63,659 nucleotides of DNA from an uncultured virus (IMG/VR IMGVR_UViG_3300015607_003969) (Duplodnaviria > Heunggongvirae > Uroviricota > Caudoviricetes). The number at the start of each line of letters is the position of its first letter. Within the stretch, counting starts at the first letter, position 1. The notes under the pieces are model-generated. The model made no database searches. It was given only the letters and a program-made list of their open reading frames with translations, and had not been told where the DNA came from. Position numbers and translations under genes: made by a program. Of this stretch, positions 52,401-60,926 are shown in pieces. The stretch lies in IMG/VR virus record IMGVR_UViG_3300015607_003969, positions 62,001 through 125,659 of that record; one strand, given 5' to 3'.

Positions 52401-53207
52401 GCCTATGCTGGCGGCACCAGACAGCTCGCTCATGGCCAGGTTGCCCCCAAGGGAGTAGGCCCGCATCTCCCCCGACATACGGAGCTGGTCTGACGTGCGG
52501 AACACGCCTGAGTTGCGCATCTGGCTCATCTGCTGCTGAGCCCCCTCCAGCGTGGTGCTCATCTCCCGCGCCATCGTCTTGGCCGTCTCGAACATCTCCT
52601 TGAACTTCCTGGAGAAGTCCTGGACGTCGCGAACCCCGTTCGCCATGCCCATCCGACCCATGTTCGAGGCCAGCGCAGAGAGCTCCCCCATGCTGGCCAT
52701 TTCCCCCGAGGGGCCCACCTGCTGGGAGAAGCTGCGCATCTGCTGACCAATGACGCCCAGCTGCTGGTTGTTGAAGCCCTGGCCTGAGGGGGTCAGGAAG
52801 TTGTAGCTGCTCCGCATCTGCTGACCAAAGGCCTGCTGCTGCTGAGCTCCCTGCCACACCTGGCCTGCCGCCCAGCTAGCTCCAGACATGCCCGCACTGG
52901 CCAGGCCGAAAGTGCCCAGGCCGGCAGCGGCTGCCATGCCCGGGCGAGCCCACCCAAAGGCGCCCGCAGCACGCATGCCGAGGCTCATGGGATCAAGTCC
53001 CGCTAGACCTAGGCCAAGTCCCATGGCAGGTACACCTACGGCCCCCGCCATGTTCATCGCCCTGCCCGCCAGCCAAGGAGCCCCCATTTGAGGATCCACG
53101 CTCTTCTGAAGGGCATCCGAGAGGAAGCTGCTCTGCTGCTGAAAGGCAGCAGTCTGTTGCTGGAACATGCCAATCTGGCCAGCGATCTCGGAGCTCATAA
53201 GAGGCAT
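49473..53207 (-). CDS. Tape measure protein (putative)
   Basis: About 1244 aa, Ala/Gly/Met/Gln-rich helical, upstream of baseplate genes; ends TTA-g-ATG (code-11 end 49464). Confidence 0.78.
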
Positions 53208-53260
53208 GGGCTGAGCTTACCACACCGTAAAACCTGGAATAACAAGAGAGGAGCACGCAC

Positions 53261-53668
53261 ATGCCCAGTGACAACACAGAAGGTGAAGAGATGGGCAAGA
53301 TCCGAGAGGCCGTAGGGTCCACTGAGTTCTCGGACGCCATGGCCGCCGTGGGCCTGGCGTTCGAACGCATGATCCACGGGGGTGTGAACCCCTACACCGC
53401 AGCGCTCATACTCGCCGAACAAACCCGGCGCGTGCTTTCCGTTAACCTTATCCTTAACGGAGCCACCCCCCTGAAGGCCTGTGTGGCAACCTCGAACGCC
53501 CTGAGGAATGTGCTCCAGGTGTTCAAAGGGGAGCTCCCTGTGTCTTCCTTCAAGGAGATGCTGGAGACAGAAACATCCCAGCTGTCCGAGGCTGCACAGA
53601 ACGTCGCAGTGAAGGGCGCGCTGGGGCCCCAAGCAGCACTGGGGCAGAAAGTGAAAGGTCTGTCATGA
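53261..53668 (+). CDS. Hypothetical protein
   Basis: GAGGAG RBS; GGAATAAC motif upstream. Confidence 0.62.
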   Translation: MPSDNTEGEEMGKIREAVGSTEFSDAMAAVGLAFERMIHGGVNPYTAALILAEQTRRVLSVNLILNGATPLKACVATSNALRNVLQVFKGELPVSSFKEMLETETSQLSEAAQNVAVKGALGPQAALGQKVKGLS

Positions 53669-53970
53669 CTAACTCTACGTGGTCCTACGTGGTCCTTGCT
53701 TGCGTGGCCGTCTGTGCGACTGTCGCCATGGAAACCAAGTTTGCGGAGGACGCCCTGAACCCCCCCGTGGACTTCAACCGCGACCAGGCGATGGTCGAGG
53801 AGGCCGGGCGGTGGATCAACCGTCCCGGCTTCGAAGAGGTGCGCAACGTCAGTATCACGTGCGACAAGCACGGGGTCTGCTCCTTCATGCAATACCGGGA
53901 CGGGTGGGCCAGGACCCTCTTCGCTCGGTGCAAGCTCGGCCAGGGCTGCATCCCTGTGGCTGGCAAATGA
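53665..53970 (+). CDS. Small membrane-anchored Cys-containing protein
   Basis: N-terminal hydrophobic helix; ATGA coupling. Confidence 0.6.
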   Translation: MTNSTWSYVVLACVAVCATVAMETKFAEDALNPPVDFNRDQAMVEEAGRWINRPGFEEVRNVSITCDKHGVCSFMQYRDGWARTLFARCKLGQGCIPVAGK

Positions 53971-54236
53971 TGAAGAACGCACCCCTCTGGCTGGCGGTTC
54001 TGGTTATCACGTGCGCCCTGTTCCTGGTCCTCAGCCAGGACTGCCAGACGGAGCCCGAGCCAGCGCCGGCCCTCAGGGCCGTCGCCCTGGATGTTTACCT
54101 CCAGCACATCGGGCTAAAGCCTGTAGATGTCCGGTGGTTCAGCCAGGACATCGCTATCGTTAGCTATCTGGACCACAGAGGTGTGGTCTACAGGCTGAAC
54201 ATCCAGTGCTCGAAGACCTGCCGTATCGTCGATTTA
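53967..54236 (+). CDS. Small membrane-anchored Cys-containing protein
   Basis: N-terminal TM; ends CSKTCRIVD-TTA (code 11 would run through the next promoter to 54407). Confidence 0.6.
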
Positions 54237-54406
54237 GCACCCTACTACCCCCTCCCCCGGCGGAGCCAACCCAAAAGCTGTGCGGTGAGGAGACCGAGGA
54301 CGGTCCCCCCTGCCTGGAACCGGTCGAACCAGGGGAGGACAGATGCCCTAAGCACAGGGCAAAAACGGCCTAAAAACGGGCATAATAGATATGAAAGGAG
54401 GCTCTG

Positions 54407-54712
54407 ATGCTAGGAGCCCTTGGAGCCGCCCTCACCCTTTGGGTGGGGGGGAAGGCCTCCAAGCGACTCCTGGTCGTCGAGACCGGGATGGCGCTTGAGA
54501 GGCGTCACCCTGAAGCCTGGGGCACCCTACTCGGGGGTGAACTCAGGCTTCACCCGTCGCAGCTAGCAGCTGCGGCGGCGGTCTACGCCCATCACGAGAA
54601 CAAGGTGATGGGCGTAGAGTCCGACGCGTCAGGGGAGGTCCCTGGCGCGCCATTCATTTCGGAAAACGTGGCGGCCTACCTGCGAGGGGTAGGCCGCCTG
54701 ATGGAGGCCTGA
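54407..54712 (+). CDS. Hypothetical protein
   Basis: AAGGAGG RBS. Confidence 0.62.
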   Translation: MLGALGAALTLWVGGKASKRLLVVETGMALERRHPEAWGTLLGGELRLHPSQLAAAAAVYAHHENKVMGVESDASGEVPGAPFISENVAAYLRGVGRLMEA

Positions 54713-55132
54713 GTGGAATGGCTAGAAGCTATCCTCCAGGCCGCCCTGGAGGAGCAGATGAGCGACGCGGGAGCCAAAGAAGAAAAGAAGGAAGAGAAGA
54801 AGGAAGAGAAGAAAGAAGAGAAGAAAGAGACGCCGCCCACGCCCCCCAGGGCGTGGGCTTCCCTCGACGTGGGCGAGAGGGCCCACGTCGTCGGGATCCT
54901 CGCCCGACAGGATCTGTCGGACGAGCAGAAGCTTGGGGCCTGCGTGGGGATCGAGATCCCCGCGCAGGTCTGGCAAAAGGCGGGCTGGGGCGAGAAGATC
55001 GCCCGGGCCGGAGCTACGGCAGTGACGGTGGCGGCGGGAATCGCCGCCGTCACCGTCAGTGTCGTCGTGGTGGTCGAGGCGGGGCGCTACATCGCCCGCC
55101 TCGTGAAGGGTGCCCCCGCGGGGGCGCCCTAA
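54713..55132 (+). CDS. Hypothetical membrane protein with KEEK repeats
   Basis: GGAGG RBS; (KEEK)4; C-terminal TM. Confidence 0.62.
   Translation: MEWLEAILQAALEEQMSDAGAKEEKKEEKKEEKKEEKKETPPTPPRAWASLDVGERAHVVGILARQDLSDEQKLGACVGIEIPAQVWQKAGWGEKIARAGATAVTVAAGIAAVTVSVVVVVEAGRYIARLVKGAPAGAP
54776..54829 (+). repeat. Imperfect 12-bp coding tandem repeat
   Basis: About 4.5 copies of aa(a/g)gaaga(a/g)aag. Confidence 0.8.
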
Positions 55133-55141
55133 GCCTAAACA

Positions 55142-55186
55142 GATCGGACCAACCTCGCGGAGTCTCCGCGCGAGGTTGGTCCGATC
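55142..55186. terminator. Perfect 18-bp inverted repeat between convergent genes
   Basis: gatcggaccaacctcgcg / cgcgaggttggtccgatc, 9-nt loop; no U-tract. Confidence 0.6.
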
Positions 55187-55236
55187 GGGAACACGTGCAG
55201 CCCACCCTCCTCCTTCCGGGGCGAGCCATGTGTTCT

Positions 55237-56352
55237 TTAGCCCCCATAGGCCAGAAGCATCTTCTCCGAGCAAGAGAAGATCCGGTGGCCGTCTCCGAAG
55301 ATCTGGATGATGTCGTGCCTCTTCATGATGATGAACTCCTTCGGGGGAGGGGTGGTTGCATCGAACAGGAACCGAGGCAGGACGGTCCCCCCAAAGGAGA
55401 TGCTGTGAGCATCCGTGATCGAGTGGGGGCACTCTGCACGCTCTGCCTTGAACATCGCAAGGGTGGCAGTATGGAGGGAGGTTCCCGGGATGAAGGGGTT
55501 GTCGATCTTCTTACCCTCCGTGCCGCGGATACGGTGCGTGCTGGGCTTGCTGTCTACGGATATCTCAAACCTGCGCATAGCCTCCTCCCAGGCCCCCCGA
55601 TGGATGTTGTACAGGGCCACGTAGGCCGGGATGTCACCGTAGACCTTCAGGTCCGCCGGGGTAAAGGAGGGGTACACCCGAAGATGACCCGGGATCTCGT
55701 ACGTGTCGGGGTTCACGATAAAGGCAGCTAGCGCAGGGTTGCTCGGGTCATCGGACTCATTCTTGAGCACGCAACACAGGCGCGAAGCCTTGGACCACAG
55801 GGTGTGGTCCACCATGGCGATCAAGGTGTGGAGCTCGTCCTTCACGGTCCAGAAGAAGCTACCGTTCGACGCCTCCCCCACCTTCTTGATGGCCCCTGCC
55901 CGCTCAGCAAGGGCGATGATGAGATCCCTGGCCAGATCGAAGGTGTGGAGCTTTTCCCGGGGCCCGAGCGTGCCCGAGGGGCTGAACAGGAAGTCCCTGT
56001 CGCGCCACCCCTCCCGGAGGCTATCCCGCAGCGTAAAGCTCTCCGGTACGTCGGGGTCGACGTACCTTGGAGGGGACTCGTTCAGGGTCACGGCCTCCTT
56101 AGGCTGGAACTCGGTTACATCTTCCCCCGCAGGCTCGATCATGGGGGCCGGGGCCAGCACCTCCTCTTGGGGAGGGGCCGTGATTTCCGCGGTGATCACC
56201 GGCACCTCCACACCATCCGGTAGGAGCCGAGTTTCGGCAGCAGGAGAGGGGTCGGTCTCCTCGACAGGGTCAGCGGCCTCTGCGACAGAGGGCTCTTCGG
56301 GCGTCACGTCTTTCGCGGCCATCTCTGCCTGCCGCCTCTTCTTGGAACTCAT
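55237..56352 (-). CDS. Hypothetical protein with acidic disordered N-terminus
   Basis: ATG 56352 (MSSKKRR); globular C-terminal two-thirds. Confidence 0.68.
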   Translation of the reverse strand: MSSKKRRQAEMAAKDVTPEEPSVAEAADPVEETDPSPAAETRLLPDGVEVPVITAEITAPPQEEVLAPAPMIEPAGEDVTEFQPKEAVTLNESPPRYVDPDVPESFTLRDSLREGWRDRDFLFSPSGTLGPREKLHTFDLARDLIIALAERAGAIKKVGEASNGSFFWTVKDELHTLIAMVDHTLWSKASRLCCVLKNESDDPSNPALAAFIVNPDTYEIPGHLRVYPSFTPADLKVYGDIPAYVALYNIHRGAWEEAMRRFEISVDSKPSTHRIRGTEGKKIDNPFIPGTSLHTATLAMFKAERAECPHSITDAHSISFGGTVLPRFLFDATTPPPKEFIIMKRHDIIQIFGDGHRIFSCSEKMLLAYGG

Positions 56353-56436
56353 GCCCCCAGTATCGGCCCTGAGCCCAACGTTAGCCACCCTCAAAACGAG
56401 CTAGGCCGAACCCTCTTACGAGAATCCGGCCTACTC

Positions 56437-56511
56437 TGGGCGCGGCGGGAGGATTTGAACCTCCGTCCTCTAGCTTATGAGGCTAGCGAGCTACCACTGC
56501 TCTACCCCGCG
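56437..56511 (-). tRNA. tRNA with CAT anticodon (Met/fMet-like, atypical)
   Basis: CGCGGGG-TA-GAGC-AGTGGTA-GCTC-G-CTAGC-CTCATAA-GCTAG-AGGAC-GGAGG-TTCAAAT-CCTCC-CGCCGCG-C-CCA. Confidence 0.92.
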
Positions 56512-56669
56512 GTAGTCAGTTCGCACGAGTTGTAAACCCTGGGTTTTTCCGTTTAACGTGGAGTTGGTTGCGTGTAGGGGTCTACGGGAGCACGAAGTGA
56601 CAGGGGGATGTGTAACACAGGCCTGGGGGGTGTCAAGCAAGGGGTGGCAAAATACTGGAATAATAGAAG

Positions 56670-56940
56670 TGTGGGGAACCTACTACCTCTGCTGTGGGAC
56701 GGCCAAACGTCCGCCAGAGGTAGGCAACTGCCTGCACGCGAAGGTAAAGCGTGCACGAGCAGAAGGTTTCAGGCCGTATCGCGCTGAAAGCGGTACGGAG
56801 GCTTCACCCGGCGAGGGGTGAGGAGACCAGCCTATAAGGTGCAGCGGACATGTGTCTGTTGAACACCTGAGGGCGAGTATGAAGACGGGGTGGCTGCTGC
56901 TGAAGTGTTCGCACTTTAAAGAGCAGCCACCCTCTTTTCT
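56670..56940 (+). ncRNA. Candidate highly structured non-coding RNA (about 270 nt)
   Basis: Six consecutive stem-loops with G-U pairs, a promoter-like motif upstream and a terminator hairpin plus U-tract at the end; no credible ORF. Confidence 0.6.
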
Positions 56941-56999
56941 AGCCCCGCAAAAAATAAGCATTTTTAGCCATAAAGGTCCTGTAGGAGGAGACCTACAGC

Positions 57000-57488
57000 A
57001 TGAACGATCGGACCATTCGTTTGAGGTGGCACGCCGGGGATGAAACCACGCTCGTCACTGACGAGCGTGTACGTGAGACCGTCACCCGGTGGAACCGTGT
57101 CCTCTTCTCCAGCACCATCCGCTGGGTGGAGAAGACGACCACGGCTGACTTGGGGGCTATCCTGTGGCAGATCGACGAGATCGACAGGGTGCCCCCGGCG
57201 GACATCCTCACCTTGATTGATCCTTACGCTAAGCCTTCTAGCGCTGCGGAGGATAAGACCGACGAGGACCGGATCTGGGCTGTGCTCCGGATCCTTAACG
57301 AGCTAGACGAGTCGACCGTCGAGCTGCTCGGGTCTGTTCTCGGGCCCATCCGCGGCCTCTTTGTGGACGTTGAGGACGCCCTCAACCCTGACCCCGACTT
57401 CCACAAGGAGATGGACCTCGCGATGGACACCGCCAGGGAGGCTTTGGGGCACATTGAGTGCCTGGAGCCCTTCCCTCTCGTGCCCTGA
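57000..57488 (+). CDS. Hypothetical protein
   Basis: AGGAGGAG RBS; 162 aa. Confidence 0.68.
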   Translation: MNDRTIRLRWHAGDETTLVTDERVRETVTRWNRVLFSSTIRWVEKTTTADLGAILWQIDEIDRVPPADILTLIDPYAKPSSAAEDKTDEDRIWAVLRILNELDESTVELLGSVLGPIRGLFVDVEDALNPDPDFHKEMDLAMDTAREALGHIECLEPFPLVP

Positions 57489-57561
57489 ACGGGCGTACGC
57501 CGGGAGGAGGGGTTCGTTTAGCACCCAAAGGCGTAATAACGAAAAGGTAAGGAGGTACAGC

Positions 57562-58008
57562 ATGAGCATTACTTTCAGGTGGGTGCTCGACATGGACGAC
57601 AACGTCGCTTCAAAGATCATCCTCTGGCTCGATCATGTGATCGTAGGCAAGGAGATGCCTTCTCTCACGATCCAGGACCGGGACACGGACCGGTTCCACC
57701 AGCTCGTCGCCGAGATTACGCAGAACAACCTCCGCTGGGAGCTGAACTACGGGTTTAACTCGGGTACCGACGGAGGTCTCTACTTGACCGCTGTCGACGC
57801 GAGCGAAGGCACGGAGCGCGTCGGTATGGCGTGTCTCGCCCTGATAACCATCATGGCGGAGCTCAAGCAGCCGGTCATCGCGGGGTACGCCTCCTTCGGG
57901 CCGGCGTGGGGGGACTGCGCCGGCAGTGTCTTCTGCGTCTATCGCGGGGTCATCTCCGAGGACGACCCCAAGACGAGGGCCGAAGAGCTATACGCCCGAC
58001 TCAGCTAG
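57562..58008 (+). CDS. Hypothetical protein
   Basis: AAGGAGGT RBS; 148 aa. Confidence 0.68.
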   Translation: MSITFRWVLDMDDNVASKIILWLDHVIVGKEMPSLTIQDRDTDRFHQLVAEITQNNLRWELNYGFNSGTDGGLYLTAVDASEGTERVGMACLALITIMAELKQPVIAGYASFGPAWGDCAGSVFCVYRGVISEDDPKTRAEELYARLS

Positions 58009-58070
58009 ACGAGGGGCCTGGCTTGGCTTAGAGACAAACTCTTCCTTGAGAAACCCACAGCATAAGGTAC

Positions 58071-58709
58071 ATGATGAAAGCTATCGTTACGTTCTGGCTC
58101 TACACGCTGCTCACCCTATGGTACCCCCCTGAGCGAAGGAGCGAGAGTCTCCTCCTCGAAGCCCGGGAGTCCAAGGAGCAGGCGCAGGCCAGGTATCTGT
58201 CCATCGCGGAGGACGCCGTGGAGGTGGCGTTCATGCCCGAGGAAGACCCCGTGTTCAAGCTGAAGGATGAAGAGAAGGGCAGGGCGTGGACCGCGCTCCT
58301 GATGCTGAGTGTGGCGTACTTTGAAAGCGGGTTCCGACGGGATATCGATCGGGGGATAGGGCGGCTGTCCCGAGGTGATGGGGGGCAGTCCTGGTGCCTC
58401 ATGCAGATCCACCTCGGCGAAGGCAAGGTGCCAGACGCAGACCCCACGGTAGGCAGCTGGCGCGGGCGAGACCTGGTGGCAGACCGGAAGAAGTGCTTCC
58501 GCGCCGGCCTGCGTATGCTCAGGAGGAGCTTCACGGCTTGCTCTGGCCAGGCCTTTGCGTACCGGCTGAGCAGCTACGCGTCAGGCTCCTGCGACAAGGG
58601 GCACGAGGTGAGCAACCAGCGGCTGCTCTTCTTCAACCGGCAACTCAAGCGGCAGCTGGCCCTGCCTGAGGCGCAGGGTTCAGGGCTCGGAGTCCGGAGC
58701 GCCCCCTGA
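58071..58709 (+). CDS. Lysozyme-like/lytic transglycosylase with N-terminal hydrophobic anchor
   Basis: VAYFESGF (catalytic Glu candidate), SWCLMQI, LSSYASG. Confidence 0.72.
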   Translation: MMKAIVTFWLYTLLTLWYPPERRSESLLLEARESKEQAQARYLSIAEDAVEVAFMPEEDPVFKLKDEEKGRAWTALLMLSVAYFESGFRRDIDRGIGRLSRGDGGQSWCLMQIHLGEGKVPDADPTVGSWRGRDLVADRKKCFRAGLRMLRRSFTACSGQAFAYRLSSYASGSCDKGHEVSNQRLLFFNRQLKRQLALPEAQGSGLGVRSAP

Positions 58710-58988
58710 GCTCTTCCCTGTACAGAGCTCGTAGACATCGCGGGAGAAGCCCTTGAAGAAGATGCCGCACCTCCTGGCGATCCGGTAGGCGGCACGGCTC
58801 CTGGTCGTGGTGAGCTTGGTGTAGTCGATCATGTCGCTAGACACTCCAGCCACGAAGGATGTGGCCAGGAGCAGCAGGCCTCCAGCGCACACCCAGATCG
58901 CCCAGGGGTGCGTTTTTAGCCACGGAATGGCTGCCGACAGCAGCAGCTGAGCGATCTCTTGCTGTTCTTGGGTGACAGAGGGTTCCAT
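58680..58988 (-). CDS. Small membrane protein (holin candidate)
   Basis: TM helix WAIWVCAGGLLLLATSFVAGV and basic C-terminus; next to the lysin. Confidence 0.5.
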   Translation of the reverse strand: MEPSVTQEQQEIAQLLLSAAIPWLKTHPWAIWVCAGGLLLLATSFVAGVSSDMIDYTKLTTTRSRAAYRIARRCGIFFKGFSRDVYELCTGKSSGGAPDSEP

Positions 58989-58992
58989 GACC

Positions 58993-59421
58993 TAAGGATA
59001 TCATCAACCGGATCGAAGCCTTGATAAGACCTGCGACCCACTGAAGAAGATCCTGTCCCCCGAGAAGAGCCACGACAGCCCCAAAGATCTTGGCCGAGCC
59101 CAGGGCGACCTCCCTGCCCGTGACCTTACGGCTGAGCTCCGTGAGCTTGGCGTTCTGCTCTTTATCAGCCTTGGCCTGCTGGCTAAAGGCGAGGACGATG
59201 CGAGCGACAAGCTCATCTTCGCTGACCTCGATCTGCTGTATTTCTTGATGCACGGCTTCGAACTCCTTGATCATGGTCGCTCGCAACGCTTCCAGCTCCA
59301 GGTTAGTCTTGGCCGCGGCCTCCACCAAGAGAGCCATCTCTGAGACGATGACGGCCTCCTTGTCCTCGGGTTTGGCGTGGTCCACCAGCGACAGGAACCT
59401 CTGCTTGGCTTTCTCGGGCAT
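58993..59421 (-). CDS. Coiled-coil protein with C-terminal hydrophobic helix
   Basis: ATG 59421; ends at TTA 58993-58995, 4 nt before the next ATG (code-11 end 58837). Confidence 0.6.
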
Positions 59422-59494
59422 TTCTTGATTTTCGCCCGGCAGCACAGGCAGGTCAACTTACAGGACCTCACGCGTTCCGGGCATAACAGACCCG

Positions 59495-60253
59495 ATGCTA
59501 GTTCAAGCCGATGTCATGCGCCTGAAGAAGGTGCTAACCGACACCCAGTTCCGCGCACTCAAGGCCTACCTACAGTCGAGGGACATCCACTTCAAGAGTA
59601 CGACCGCACAGCTCATCTTTTCGTGGACCAGGAAGGACCTGCTCCATGCGCTAACGTCAGGCAATGCAGCAGTGCGCAAGACGCTCAGCCTGGGCGTGCT
59701 CCCTTACTTCGATCTTGCCGGAGAGGTCTTCGAGGACTTCGAAGACCTGGAGCTCCGGGGCGTAACTCTGGCGGCAGCTCGGTTTCAAGCAGGCGGCTCC
59801 CTGGTCCTCGAAGGGGTGAACTTCTTGCACGGGTCCGTCGTGGGGGTGGATACCTTCGCCATGGATGGCGCGATCTTCAGGTCGGCTAACGTGCGGAACA
59901 CCTCTGACCTACGCATAAGCAGAACGAGCATGAGCCACGCCTGCATCTGGGAAATAAACAACTCTGTGGACTTGAGGCAGTGCGACCTGTCCTTCGCACG
60001 AGCCCACACCTGGTCGGTGTGTACGCCGTGTGTCGTCGAGGAGTGCGACCTGCACGGCATGTCACTTACCGACGTGCGCTTCAAGCATGAGGGCGCTCTG
60101 GTGTTCCGTCGTTGCAATCTCAGGAAGGCCGTGTTTGCTAACGCAGAGCTCGGGGTAACCTTCGAGGACTGCGATCTCACGGGCATGTACTTCAGGGGGC
60201 CCGCCCCCGCGGGCTGGATCCGCGACACGACCCACCGGTTCAGGCTAGAGTTA
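59495..60253 (+). CDS. Pentapeptide-repeat protein
   Basis: CDLSFA, CDLHGMSL, CNLRKAVF, CDLTGM; ends at TTA 60251-60253 (code 11 fuses it to the next gene). Confidence 0.72.
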
Positions 60254-60256
60254 GCC

Positions 60257-60910
60257 ATGACCTACGATTTGCAGGTGGTCGAGGTGCAGAGCCTCCTCGA
60301 CGTGAGCAGGCTCGACTATGTACCTAACCTGGTGCCCACGAGCGTGCGCATCCAGGGGGGCCCCTTCGTGGGCGTGGATGAGGTTCGGCTGAACGACACC
60401 CCATCCCCGTCTTTTTACGTCCAAGATAAGTTCACGATCGTCGCCCAGGTGCCTCAAGGTCTGGCGGGGCATGAGCTCAGGGCCTCTGTGACCTCGTCGA
60501 ACACGCCGTTCTCCGACAAGGTGCTCCTCCGTTTCAGGGCAGGCAAGCAGACCCGTCGTGTCCAGGGCTTGCCTCGGCTGGTGCAAACCTTTGTTCGATT
60601 GCTGATGATGACCCCGGGCACAAACCTCAGGTACCCGTTGCTCGGCGGTGGCCTCCTTTCCGTGGCTAGATCTGCCTTCAGGCCAGGCAACGGGATGGAC
60701 CTGCGCTCTGCTGCGGTGCTGGCCGTGCGCCGTGCATCGGAGCAGCTGATCTCGCTTCAGGCTACGAATACGAGGCTCCGCAGGGAGGAGCGGCTCATGC
60801 GCGCCACCGTGGAGCGCTGTGCCGTACAACCGCAGCTAGGTACGCTCCTCCTGGAGATCTCGCTCACGAGCCAGACAGGGAAGAGCTTTCTGGCCTCCGT
60901 GGCCCTTTGA
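60257..60910 (+). CDS. IPT/TIG plus gp25-like baseplate/sheath-initiator protein
   Basis: VRIQGGPFVGVDEVRLND...TIVAQVP; VQGLPRLVQTFVRLLMMTPGT...PLLGGGL. Confidence 0.7.
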   Translation: MTYDLQVVEVQSLLDVSRLDYVPNLVPTSVRIQGGPFVGVDEVRLNDTPSPSFYVQDKFTIVAQVPQGLAGHELRASVTSSNTPFSDKVLLRFRAGKQTRRVQGLPRLVQTFVRLLMMTPGTNLRYPLLGGGLLSVARSAFRPGNGMDLRSAAVLAVRRASEQLISLQATNTRLRREERLMRATVERCAVQPQLGTLLLEISLTSQTGKSFLASVAL

Positions 60911-60926
60911 ACCTAGACTTAGCCCC

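Noticed and set aside
7414..53091. Many + strand ORFs opposite the structural genes
   Set aside because: Shadow ORFs typical of high-GC DNA with no recognisable motifs; only 18310-18648 was kept.
54776..54829. Purine-rich tandem repeat as a CRISPR or regulatory array
   Set aside because: No spacers; it simply encodes (KEEK)n.
47187..56229. 60-nt similarity as a DGR template/variable repeat pair
   Set aside because: Mismatches are not adenine-specific and no reverse transcriptase is present in the window.
59495..60910. Pentapeptide-gp25 fusion as a single novel 471-aa protein
   Set aside because: The junction is TTA-GCC-ATG with its own -10-like hexamer; two genes is simpler.
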